DNA from: Bacteroidota bacterium
GTDB taxonomy: Bacteria; Bacteroidota; Bacteroidia; Palsa-948
Direction: 5' to 3'
Assembly (NCBI GenBank): GCA_023251675.1
Contig: JAHEYJ010000001.1
Location: 1,671-65,670, forward strand
DNA length: 64,000 nucleotides
The notes under the pieces were generated by a model, which searched no databases, was not told the DNA's origin, and saw only the letters and a list, made by a program, of their open reading frames with translations. How positions within the stretch are numbered: the stretch's first letter is position 1; the number at the start of each line of letters is the position of its first letter. Shown here one piece after another: positions 17,957 to 28,100 of the stretch. The position numbers and the translations under genes are program-made.

Positions 17957-19315
17957 TTATTTCAAACCGTACTTCGTTTTATATTTTTCATATAAAACTT
18001 TCTGTTCGTTGGAAAGGTCCAGTTTTTTCCCGCGGATGAATGCGTATTCCACGTTGTTGGTTTTCATATCGAGCGCATCTCCTGTAGAAATAAACAGCGT
18101 GGCGTCCTTTCCTTCTTCCAGCGAACCCACACGGGAATCAATGCCTAAAATTTTTGCCGTGTGGAGTGTGATCGAAGCCAGCGCTTCTTCTGTTGTGAGG
18201 CCGTAAGCGACAGCCGTGCCGGCCTGGAAGCAAAGATTCCGCGTGTTGGTCTGTTCCATGTCGCCGGAATTTTCAAGGCAGAAAAGTACGCCGGCTTTTT
18301 GAAGAAGAAAAGGAAGTTTATAGGGAAGGTCAACATCGTCTTCCGTTCGGTTCGGCAGATCGTGTAAGCGGTTCACCATCACGGCAATGTTATTTTCCTT
18401 GAGCAGGTCGGCCACCATCCAGGAATCCGTTCCTCCCACGATCACCATTTTTTTCACACCTTGTGATTTACTGAAAGCTACAGCATCTTCGATTTCCTTT
18501 ACATAATTCACATGAACAAAAAGAGTTTTGGAAGAATTGAAAAGTCCTTTCATGGCTTCGAGGCGGAGGTTTTTTTCCAAAGGACTTGTTTCACTATAAG
18601 CTTTTGCATCGGAAAAGAATTTTTTCAGTTCTGTTTTTGATTTTTCATATTCTTCCGATTTTTTCATCGGCGGAAATTCATTCGCATCTTCCGATTTTCC
18701 CCACTCGCGCCTGAACATGCGCGGCCAGTTCATGTGAATGCCGTCGTCTGTTTTCAGGGCCATGTCTTCCCAGTTCCAGCCATCAAGTTCCATTACCGAG
18801 GAAGTTCCGGAAATGGTTCCGCCTCTCGGTGTCACTTGCGCGATGAGCACCCCGTTCGTGCGAACGGTGGGAGGGATTTTAGAATCACTATTGAAGGCAA
18901 TCACGCTTCGTATGTGGGGATTGTACGCACCGGTCTCTGATTCATCGCGGGTGGCGCGTACGGATTCCACTTCCTGCAAACCCAACGTGGAATTAGGGGC
19001 AATGAATCCGGGATAGACGTGTTTGCCTGCAATGTTAATGATGGTATCGTAAGCCCCCTGCTGTAATTTGATGATTGTTGCATCCGCAACCAGAACTATT
19101 TTTCCATTCTTAAATCCAACAGCGGAATTCTCGATCACTGTTCCGTTGCCGATGTGGGCAATGCCGTTCATCAGCAAAATGCTTTTGGCCTGCCCAGGAG
19201 CGGGAATGGGATTTTGAGAAAATGAGGAATTCAGAATGCAGAATGCAGAATGCAACAGCAAACAATATCGAATCGCCTTGAACTTTGAACTAGAAACCAT
19301 GAACCAGAAACGCAT
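17957..19315 (-). CDS. secreted amidohydrolase-family metal-dependent hydrolase
   Basis: 452 aa. Signal peptide. Amidohydrolase fold motifs (…HVNYV…, …HDLP…). Confidence 0.75.
   Translation of the reverse strand: MRFWFMVSSSKFKAIRYCLLLHSAFCILNSSFSQNPIPAPGQAKSILLMNGIAHIGNGTVIENSAVGFKNGKIVLVADATIIKLQQGAYDTIINIAGKHVYPGFIAPNSTLGLQEVESVRATRDESETGAYNPHIRSVIAFNSDSKIPPTVRTNGVLIAQVTPRGGTISGTSSVMELDGWNWEDMALKTDDGIHMNWPRMFRREWGKSEDANEFPPMKKSEEYEKSKTELKKFFSDAKAYSETSPLEKNLRLEAMKGLFNSSKTLFVHVNYVKEIEDAVAFSKSQGVKKMVIVGGTDSWMVADLLKENNIAVMVNRLHDLPNRTEDDVDLPYKLPFLLQKAGVLFCLENSGDMEQTNTRNLCFQAGTAVAYGLTTEEALASITLHTAKILGIDSRVGSLEEGKDATLFISTGDALDMKTNNVEYAFIRGKKLDLSNEQKVLYEKYKTKYGLK
19233..19253. repeat. (AGAATGC)x3, the reverse complement of (GCATTCT)x3, in the signal-peptide codons of the amidohydrolase gene
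   Basis: Direct observation. Encodes LHSAFCILNS. The same repeat occurs at 38375. Confidence 0.8.
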
Positions 19316-19316
19316 G

Positions 19317-20273
19317 TTACTTATTGAGCCACTGGTAATACGGCTTTTTGGAATCTGGCGCAGGCGTATCGGATTTTTTCTTAGCGCTCATTCTCCATCC
19401 GATCGTGATCTCGTGCGTTCCGCCGGACTCGCCCATGCCTCCCGCCGAAGAAAATTCATAGGAATAATTGAAAATAAAATTATTGTAAGGAATTCCGCCT
19501 ATACCAAAGGCCATCGCTGTTTTTTTGTAAATGGGAGAGACCCAGATCCTGTTCTTATAGATAACAGGAACGGCAACTTCATAGTAAGTGTCAAAAGTGG
19601 TTTGTTTCACAAGATCGATTTTTGCAACGGGGTCGATTGTCCAGTCGTTGTTGAAGGAATATTTATACCCTAAATTGATCACTTCCTGGGTATTATTCAT
19701 ATAGACATTCTTTCCTTCATGATTCTTTATTTTGTTAGTGAGAACGCGGGGAGCGCCGATTCCAGCACTCAATCCCTTGAAACGATACAGGATTCCGAAT
19801 CCGGCATCAAAAACCATATCGGTCACATCCGCGTTATTGGCAGCAACCGGATCGTTCATTTGACCGGCAGCGCCGGCAATGTTAACATGGCTTTCCAGCA
19901 GCCCCAATCCCAGTCCGAAACTTAATGTATGTCCTCCCGAAAATTTTGCGTGGTAGGCATAACTTGCCATTGCAGAGAGGTTTTCAAATATCCCGGCGTT
20001 CTGGCTGGAAATGCTTCCGCCCAGCCCCATTTTTTTACAGATCAAACCATTTGCAGAAATCGTTTTGGTTTCAGGTGCACCCGGAATATTCATCCATTCG
20101 TTCCGATAGGTGCCGAATATCTCAAAACTTTCTCCGGTTCCTGCATAAGCAGGAGAAAGAGAGAATTTGTTGATGGTATATTGATTGGATAAAGGAAGCT
20201 GTTGTGCGAACAAGCTAACGGCTAATAGCCATAAGCTGCCAGCTAAAAAAATATTTTTATTTTGCATCGTCAA
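19317..20273 (-). CDS. T9SS membrane protein PorP/SprF family, paired with the upstream type-B CTD protein
   Basis: 318 aa. N-terminal LAVSLFAQQLPLSNQYTINKFSLSPAYAG. Lies immediately after a CTD-B gene on the same strand, the classic pairing. Confidence 0.8.
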   Translation of the reverse strand: MTMQNKNIFLAGSLWLLAVSLFAQQLPLSNQYTINKFSLSPAYAGTGESFEIFGTYRNEWMNIPGAPETKTISANGLICKKMGLGGSISSQNAGIFENLSAMASYAYHAKFSGGHTLSFGLGLGLLESHVNIAGAAGQMNDPVAANNADVTDMVFDAGFGILYRFKGLSAGIGAPRVLTNKIKNHEGKNVYMNNTQEVINLGYKYSFNNDWTIDPVAKIDLVKQTTFDTYYEVAVPVIYKNRIWVSPIYKKTAMAFGIGGIPYNNFIFNYSYEFSSAGGMGESGGTHEITIGWRMSAKKKSDTPAPDSKKPYYQWLNK

Positions 20274-20279
20274 TTATTA

Positions 20280-21794
20280 TTATCGAAGAATATTAATATT
20301 TCCTTTTAACATCTGCTTGCCATCACACTTGATGATGTAATAATAGGGACCCGCACCGAGCGCATCTCCATTGTTATTTGTCCCCTTCCATGCATTATTT
20401 TTATCAACTCTTTTGCTGTACACCCGTTCGTTCCACATATTGAAAACATTCAGCTCGCAGTTCTGGTAAGCTGCAATATCATTAATGATCAGTTCATCGT
20501 TGAATCCATCGCCGTTGGGAGTAAGAATAGACCCGGAAACGGAAAGCGTATCCGTATTATTTTCGCCTACAATAGTGATATTGGCAGATGCCGAGCAGCC
20601 GTTCAGATCGGTTCCGTTTACAATGTAAATACCAATGGAATCGGTTGTTATGCTGATGGCGTTTGCGCCTGTGTTCCATGTATAATAGTTTGCGCCGTTT
20701 GCAATCAAAGTAACACTTCCGCCATTATGCAAATTCGTATTGCTTGCGGAGATGGAAACAACGGGTAACGGATTCACCATAACCGGAATGGAAGCGATGT
20801 TCGAACATCCGTTTGCATCTGTAACGGTAACGGAATAATTCCCGGTGGCAGAAACGGAAACACTGGGTGCAGAAGATCCGGTGCTCCAGCTATAGGATGC
20901 AAACGAATTTCCCGGATCGAGTACAACGCTGTTCCCTGAACACAAGGTGGTACTTCCCCCCGGAGTAATGGTAACCAAGGGCAGCGCATTAACTGTAATG
21001 GAATGAGTGACTGTATCGCGGCACCCGCTTTGTGTAATAGCGATCAGGCCCACGGTATAGGTTCCGGCTGAAGCGTAGGTGTGGGTTGCGTTTCCGGAAG
21101 TCGAACTGCTGTTCCCATCCCCAAATTGCCATAGATAAAAATCAAGATTGGTAACTGTGCTGGTATTTGTAAATGGTGCGCTTGAATTTACACAGGTATT
21201 TGCAGCAGTAAACGCAGCCCCGGGATTCGGATAAACGGTGGTGGTCTTCTGCGCAAAAGCCGAACAACCTTTATTTGAAACGCAGGTAAGTTTTGTGATG
21301 TAGGTGGAGGGAGGCCCGCAGGTATATTGAACGGTATCATTTGAATTGTCATCGGTTACGCCGTCATTATTAAAATCCCAGAGAAACTGAGAAATAGAAC
21401 CGGGTGCAATGTTTGACAAACTGATATAGGTAGCAGAATGGGTAGCGCAAAGATTATTCGCCATGAAATTCACCTGGGGCAGCGGATCAATGATCACATT
21501 TTTAGTAAGGGAGTCGGGTGTGCCGGCGTTGGGCGTGATCTTTAACTTAACCGCAACGGTATCGTTAATGGTAATAAGTGTGATAATTGTTTTTCCGGAT
21601 AGATCATACGTTCCGTTTCCGTCCACGTCCCACATCCAGGAAGCAATGGAAGCATCGGGAAGGGAAGAGGAAGCCGTTAAAGTGGTCTGGTTTCCGAAAC
21701 AGGTTTGCGTATAACTGAAATTCGGATTCTGAGCGAAAACCCCGGTGGCCCACAGGCAACATCCAGCCGCAAATACGAGAGATTTATTTTTCAT
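20280..21794 (-). CDS. secreted PKD/Ig-like repeat protein with T9SS type-B (gliding-motility) C-terminal domain
   Basis: 504 aa. Signal peptide. C-terminus LTPNGDGFNDELIINDIAAYQNCELNVFNMWNERVY. Confidence 0.8.
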   Translation of the reverse strand: MKNKSLVFAAGCCLWATGVFAQNPNFSYTQTCFGNQTTLTASSSLPDASIASWMWDVDGNGTYDLSGKTIITLITINDTVAVKLKITPNAGTPDSLTKNVIIDPLPQVNFMANNLCATHSATYISLSNIAPGSISQFLWDFNNDGVTDDNSNDTVQYTCGPPSTYITKLTCVSNKGCSAFAQKTTTVYPNPGAAFTAANTCVNSSAPFTNTSTVTNLDFYLWQFGDGNSSSTSGNATHTYASAGTYTVGLIAITQSGCRDTVTHSITVNALPLVTITPGGSTTLCSGNSVVLDPGNSFASYSWSTGSSAPSVSVSATGNYSVTVTDANGCSNIASIPVMVNPLPVVSISASNTNLHNGGSVTLIANGANYYTWNTGANAISITTDSIGIYIVNGTDLNGCSASANITIVGENNTDTLSVSGSILTPNGDGFNDELIINDIAAYQNCELNVFNMWNERVYSKRVDKNNAWKGTNNNGDALGAGPYYYIIKCDGKQMLKGNINILR

Positions 21795-21878
21795 TTTTAA
21801 AAATAATTGAGCATTAGGATCGAAGCGAAAGTAATAATAATTTTAGTAACTTCACATCCTCAAAAATCATTTTTACCA

Positions 21879-24398
21879 ATGAAAAAATTAGCTATAGTTT
21901 TTGCCTGTTTCCTGTTGCCGGTTTATTATTCTTTTGCACAGGATTTACAAAAGAATAAAGACGGGGCGCATAGTGCCGAAATACTCTGCACGGCCATCAG
22001 CAGCGATGGAGCCTGGATCATTACAGGGGGTGCTGACAAGCGCGCCTACTTATGGGATGCAAAATCAGGAGAGAAAATAAAAGCCTTTGCTTTTTCTGCT
22101 CCCGTAACTGCTTCCGCTTTTAGTTCCAGCGGAAAAACTTTTGCTGTGGGAACGGCGGATGGCAAGCTCAATATCTTTGATACAAAAGAACAAAAACTTA
22201 AAAAGATCCTTAAAGAACATACGCTGGATATTACCTCAATTGCATTCAACCCGATCAACGATAACATTATCACCTCTTCAAAAGACAATACGGCAAGAGT
22301 ATGGGATGGCGTAGGAAGTTCTTCGTTATTCACGCTGAAAGATCATACTAAACCGGTGAACGGTGCGGTGTACAGTCCCGACGGAAAAACCATCGCGACC
22401 GCATCTGCTGATAACACGATTAAAATCTGGGATGCGGCAACCGGCCAATTGAAATCATCTCTGGATGCAGGCTCAAAAGAAGTCACTGCCATCACGTGGA
22501 GCCCCGATGGAAAATACCTCGCTACCGGCGGAAGCAGCGGAACCGTAGTGATCTGGGAAATGCCCGCCGGAACAAAGTTTGCCGAAACCAATTTCAAATC
22601 ACAGGTGAATTCGCTGGCCATCAGCTCGGATGTTCAATACCTTGCCTGCGGAGGCGCTGAAAAGAAAATCTCCATCTGGAACATTGAAACAAAAGCGCTG
22701 ACCAAAGAATTCGCTGCGCACGATGGCGATGTGACCGGAGTTGCGTTCTCGGATAATGGAAAATTATTTATTTCCGTGAGCAAAGATATGAGTTTAAAAT
22801 TTTGGGATGTTACCAACCTGAAAATCGGAAAGAAAAAATTCATGAAAGATGCCGGTGAACCCAAACTTTCAACGCTCAATGTGGTCATGAAAGAAGACAA
22901 CCGCAACGGCATCATTGAAAATCCCGAGAAGCCATCGATCAATTTCATCCTGAAAAATACAGGAAAGGGACAGGCCTATAATGTGGTTGCCAAAGTTTCT
23001 ATCGACGCCACCATTGTAGGATTGAAGTTTGAAAAAGAAGTGGTGATCGGAAACCTGGAAGCGGATAAATATACCAACGTTGTCCTTCCCATATATACGG
23101 ACTCCACCCTTGAATCCATGGGCGGAACGTTCACGGTAGATATTGCAGATGCAAACGGGTTTACCGCCCCCCAGTTCAAAATAAGTTTCCAGACACGCGG
23201 CGGTGTAAGTTACAGTTACGTAATGATCACCAGCCATGCCTACAGTTCAGCAACCGGAAAAGCGGAAGTGGGAGCGCCCATCACCCTGAAGCTGAAACTG
23301 AAAAATACATCCAGCGGTGAAGCAAGAAACGTAAAAATAAATTACGTCTTTCCTCCTAACGTGATGGCGGTGAATAAACTTTCTGAAACCGTTCCGGTGA
23401 TCGCGCCGGGGGAAGAAAAGGAACTCAGCGTTGAATTTTATGCAAGCAAGGAATACACAAAGCCTAAAATAAATATCGGGCTGAACCTGGAAGGCGCTTA
23501 CACGAACGCCAATGACCTGGTATTTGATGTGAAGATGAACGAGGCGCTGCCGACCACCGATATTGCCATTGCGCAAAACACCGCTCCGGTGGAGTTGCCC
23601 GAAACCCCTCTTTACCGCGGAAGCGGAGACCCGCTCAAGGGACTGAATGTCTCCAAAGCAAAAGATATGGTGATCGGAAAATATTACGCGCTCATCATCG
23701 GCGTAAATAAATATTCCGGAACCTGGCCTCCGCTTCAGAATGCGGTGAACGATGCAAAAGCCATTGAAGCCATGCTGAAATCAAAATACAAATTCGATGA
23801 TTTCAAAACCTTGTATGATGAACAGGCATCGCGGGTGGCCATCATTGACGCGTTTGACGTCCTGGCGAAAAATGCAAAACCGGAAGACAATGTTTTCATT
23901 TATTATTCCGGGCACGGTGAGTTCAAGCAGGAGCTGAACAAGGGTTTCTGGGTTCCGCAGGATGCCAAAACCAATTCCGTAGCCAATTATATTTCCAATG
24001 CGGACCTGCAGGCCTTCCTGGGCGGAATAAAATCCAAACATACGTTACTGGTTGCCGATGCCTGCTTCAGCGGCGATATTTTCAGAGGCAGCACAGTAAC
24101 AGTTCCTTTTGAAGAATCAGAAAAATATTACAAAGAAGTGCACGGCCTTTCTTCCCGGCAGGCAATGACTTCAGGCGGTATAGAGCCCGTTATGGACGGA
24201 GGAAAGGACGGCCACTCGGTTTTCGCGTATTACTTTCTGAAAACACTCGGCGATAACGAAAATAAATTCTTTGATGCCGGGCAGTTGTACAACAAAATAA
24301 AAATCCCGGTTATCAATAACTCCGAGCAAAGCCCCAAATTGGCGCCGGTAAAAAATACGGGCGACGAGGGCGGGCAGTTTATTTTCATCAAGAAATAA
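21879..24398 (+). CDS. WD40-repeat protein with C-terminal caspase (peptidase C14) domain
   Basis: Probable start at MKKLAIVFACFLLP (signal peptide). Multiple WD40 units. Caspase dyad region YYSGHGEF … LLVADACFSG. Confidence 0.8.
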   Translation: MKKLAIVFACFLLPVYYSFAQDLQKNKDGAHSAEILCTAISSDGAWIITGGADKRAYLWDAKSGEKIKAFAFSAPVTASAFSSSGKTFAVGTADGKLNIFDTKEQKLKKILKEHTLDITSIAFNPINDNIITSSKDNTARVWDGVGSSSLFTLKDHTKPVNGAVYSPDGKTIATASADNTIKIWDAATGQLKSSLDAGSKEVTAITWSPDGKYLATGGSSGTVVIWEMPAGTKFAETNFKSQVNSLAISSDVQYLACGGAEKKISIWNIETKALTKEFAAHDGDVTGVAFSDNGKLFISVSKDMSLKFWDVTNLKIGKKKFMKDAGEPKLSTLNVVMKEDNRNGIIENPEKPSINFILKNTGKGQAYNVVAKVSIDATIVGLKFEKEVVIGNLEADKYTNVVLPIYTDSTLESMGGTFTVDIADANGFTAPQFKISFQTRGGVSYSYVMITSHAYSSATGKAEVGAPITLKLKLKNTSSGEARNVKINYVFPPNVMAVNKLSETVPVIAPGEEKELSVEFYASKEYTKPKINIGLNLEGAYTNANDLVFDVKMNEALPTTDIAIAQNTAPVELPETPLYRGSGDPLKGLNVSKAKDMVIGKYYALIIGVNKYSGTWPPLQNAVNDAKAIEAMLKSKYKFDDFKTLYDEQASRVAIIDAFDVLAKNAKPEDNVFIYYSGHGEFKQELNKGFWVPQDAKTNSVANYISNADLQAFLGGIKSKHTLLVADACFSGDIFRGSTVTVPFEESEKYYKEVHGLSSRQAMTSGGIEPVMDGGKDGHSVFAYYFLKTLGDNENKFFDAGQLYNKIKIPVINNSEQSPKLAPVKNTGDEGGQFIFIKK

Positions 24399-24401
24399 AA
24401 A

Positions 24402-24441
24402 ATCCGGAAAGAAAAATATTCTTTCCGGATCTTATTTTTTC
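24402..24441. terminator. bidirectional rho-independent terminator between convergent genes
   Basis: Hairpin ATCCGGAAAG-aaaaatatt-CTTTCCGGAT followed by a T-run. Confidence 0.7.
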
Positions 24442-24454
24442 TTTCAGCGTCTGT

Positions 24455-24889
24455 TCAGACCCTATAATAATCTCCTCTCCAGTTTTTAATTGCTTTCTTA
24501 ATTTCTTCCGGTTTCATAGTGGTCTCGGCGGCTTTCTTTGCCAGTTCAGCAAATTCTTCATCCGATGCAAACCGTAAGGCAACAATTTGTTTTACGTGTA
24601 ACTTTTTATCCAATAATTTCCCTGTAAGCAGGTGATGGCGAAAATTTTCTTCTGCACGGATCGCGCGGTCTTGTGCCCTCAGTGCAAAGCCACGCATAAA
24701 AAAATAGGAGATCATCAATACAATGGAGATGGAAACAATAAGATCGGCCGAATAGATCCGCTCATGATCGCCAATGGATTTGTATAAATTCACAAATGAA
24801 CCGATCAGGATCAGCATAATGAATGCAGATAAAAAGTAATGATAGAGCGGGATAAACCGTCTGTGGTTTTTGTAGTTCTGATTTTCCAT
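24455..24889 (-). CDS. hypothetical small membrane protein
   Basis: 144 aa. Two predicted TM helices and a charged C-terminal tail. Confidence 0.4.
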   Translation of the reverse strand: MENQNYKNHRRFIPLYHYFLSAFIMLILIGSFVNLYKSIGDHERIYSADLIVSISIVLMISYFFMRGFALRAQDRAIRAEENFRHHLLTGKLLDKKLHVKQIVALRFASDEEFAELAKKAAETTMKPEEIKKAIKNWRGDYYRV

Positions 24890-25124
24890 AATATATTGTT
24901 TTAATTTTTCGCAAGCTACAAAATCAATAGTTATGATCGTGAGTCGTTATTATATACACGGCTTCAGCAACAGGCCTCCTCTTTTCACTGATATTTTTAC
25001 CTGAAAGAACTTTTTTTTCTTTCCTATCATTGCTATGCTTTTCATTACATTTGCTTAACCCTACGAATTACGAAATGCCCTGCATTCACGAACTCTTTTT
25101 GAAAAAAATAATAACTTGTGAGTA

Positions 25125-28100
25125 ATGAGGACGAATTACGAATGCAAATATTTTCTTGCACTAACTTCTTTTTTCCTTATTTCCCTTTTTCCGTATTCCT
25201 CTTCGGCACAGCGCAATAATTTTCAATCCTATTCTCTCGACCAGGGACTTCCGCAGGCCACCATTTATTGCATCATTCAGGATAACCGCGGCTACTTGTG
25301 GCTTGGTACCGATGGAGGTGGGCTTTGCCGTTTTGACGGGATCCATTTCAAAACCTATGGAAAAAGTGATGGTTTCAACGGGCAAAATATCCGGTCGTTG
25401 CTCCAGGACAGCAAAGGAAGGATATGGGCCGGAACAAAAGATGAAGGCATTGTGGTTTATGACGGCAATAAATTTGTTTCTATAGGAAAGAAAAATGGTT
25501 TGGCGGGCAGCGCCATCCTTTGCCTGCACGAAGATAAAGACGGAACGGTGTGGGCAGGCACGGATGATGGCGGCGTAAACAAGATCACGCCTGTTTTTAA
25601 AGGGAAAAGTTCCGGTCAAACGGTAGTTTCGGCAGTGAAAGATTCCTTTGTAGTAGAAGTTTTTGACGAGAACAAAGGGCTCAGCAGCAATTCCGTATTA
25701 GACATTCACCAGGATAAGGACGGGCATATCTGGCTGGCTACTTTTGGAGGAATAAATGTATTAACGCCCGGCAAAGATTCTGTTTCTATTGATCATTTAC
25801 GCGGCGGAAGAGAAATTCCCAGCGACCAGATCACTTCTGTTACCGAAGAAAAAAATGGAGCTTTGTGGTTTGGCACGTACGATGGAGGCATTTTCCGAAT
25901 CGCTCCCAAAAACGATACTAAAAATTTTAAACTGGATATTCTTTCCCGAAAAGTTACCTCTTTCAGCCAGGAAAACGGGTTCAACGCAAAAACCATCTGG
26001 CGGATTTTTACTTCCGATAATAATGAGCTCTGGTTTGCTTCTGTTGAAGACGGGCTTATCCGCTGTAGAAATACAGCCGCTTCCGATACCGGGAAAAAAG
26101 TATTCGAAAAATATACAGATAAGGAAGGACTGCCGTGCAACCAGATGCTGTGCATCTTTGAAGACAAAGAAAAAAATATCTGGATCGGAACCAACGGTGG
26201 GGGGCTTTGCAAGTTCAACGGAGATATGTTTGCTCATTATTCTGAAAAAGACGGGTTGCCTAGTAACAGCGTTCAGGGAATTGACATGGATTCATCCGGA
26301 ACGCTCTGGTTCGGGACCAGCGGCGGCGGATTGGTTAAAATGGATCTGCGATCGGGCGCACCGGTTTGCAATAACTTTTCGATAAAAGATGGTTTATCGG
26401 GAAACACCATTCTTTCAGTATCTGCCGGGAAGGTCATTCATAATCAGAACCTATGGTCCGCGGTTTCAAACGCCGGTATTTCAAAATACGATGGCAAAAC
26501 CTTTCTCAATTTTTCGGAGCGTGACGGCTTGCTGAACAACAGCGTGTACAGCATTTTCGTTGATAAGAACGGGATCGTTTGGATCGGCAGCAAGGATGGC
26601 ATCAGCCGTTTCGACGGATCGAAATTCCTGAACATCACCATGGAGACCATGAAAATTCCGGATAAAGATGTGAATGCCATCATCCAGGATGAAAAAGGAA
26701 ATCTATGGTTCGGTACCGGCGGCGGACTGGCCCGGTATTCAGGAGACGGAGCCATTACCACGTTTGATGAAGCGGAAGGATTGATGCACAAGGAAATAAA
26801 AGCGCTTGCTGAAGATCCGTTCGGAAATATCTGGATCGGGACCAACAACGGCGGGCTTTACCGTTTCAATGTTTTTACGGATGATTCGATAAAAATAAAA
26901 CTGATCGCTGACGATAGCCTGCTGAGTTCTAATTCCGTTCGCGCCATTATTTTCCTGGATGAAAAAACCACCGGCAACAAGGGAAAAGAAATGGTGGTAG
27001 GGACAGATAAGGGAATTGATAAAATAATTTTTGACGACAAAGGAAAGATCCTGAAGATCAGGAATTATAATGCTACCGACGGATTCATCGGCGTGGAGTG
27101 CAATGACAATGCCATGTACCGCGATGACCAGGGAAATATCTGGATCGGAACGGTGAAAGGGCTGACACGGTTTAATCCCTCAGCGGAAGTGCAGAATACG
27201 AACGCTCCGCAGGTTCATATTACCGATATAAAACTTTTCTTCAAAGATGTGGATTGGAGCTCGCGTGCTGATTCTGTTCTTCCCTGGTTTTCGCTTCCCA
27301 CTTCTTTGCAGCTTTCGTATACGGATAACCACCTGACGTTTGACTATGCCGCCATTTCACTTGGCAATTCACAAAAAATAAAATACCGTTACATGCTGGA
27401 AGGCGCAGAAGAAGAATGGTCGCCCGACCGGAAGGAAACATCGGTAACTTTTTCAGGGCTTTCTCCCGGCAAATACACTTTCAAGGTGATCGCGTCAGGA
27501 GCCAACGGAGTTTGGAATACGCAGCCTGCGGAATTTTATTTCACGATTAACCCTCCCTGGTACCGTTCCATGTTGGCTTACATTATTTACGCGATTGTTT
27601 TAATGGGCGGAACCTATTCCTATTCCAAGATCCGGGAAAGGGCGCTCATCCACGAAAAAAAGATCCTTGAAGAAAAAGTAGTGGAACGCACCGCCGAAGT
27701 GGTGAAACAGAAAGAAGAACTCGAACAGCAAAAACATGTGATCGAGGAAAAGAACAAAGACATCACCGACAGCATCAACTACGCGGAAAAGATCCAGCGT
27801 GCTATTTTGCCCGATCTTGCAAAAATTAAAAAGGCTTTGCCCCAGTCCTTTATTTTATTTGAGCCCCGCGACATTGTCAGCGGAGATTTCTTTTGGTATG
27901 TGGAAGTGAAAGCCCCACCCCGGCCCTCCCCATTGGGGAGGGGGATTGATGACCCCGACTATTTCACTGCAGATTCATCACTTTATCCTGCACTTAAGTC
28001 AAGGGCGGAAGAATTTAGGGATCATCCTACCGAAGCGGAAAATATTGCATGGGAACTTTTAAAAGGAAATAATATTGGTTTTCATATAAGGCGTCAACAC

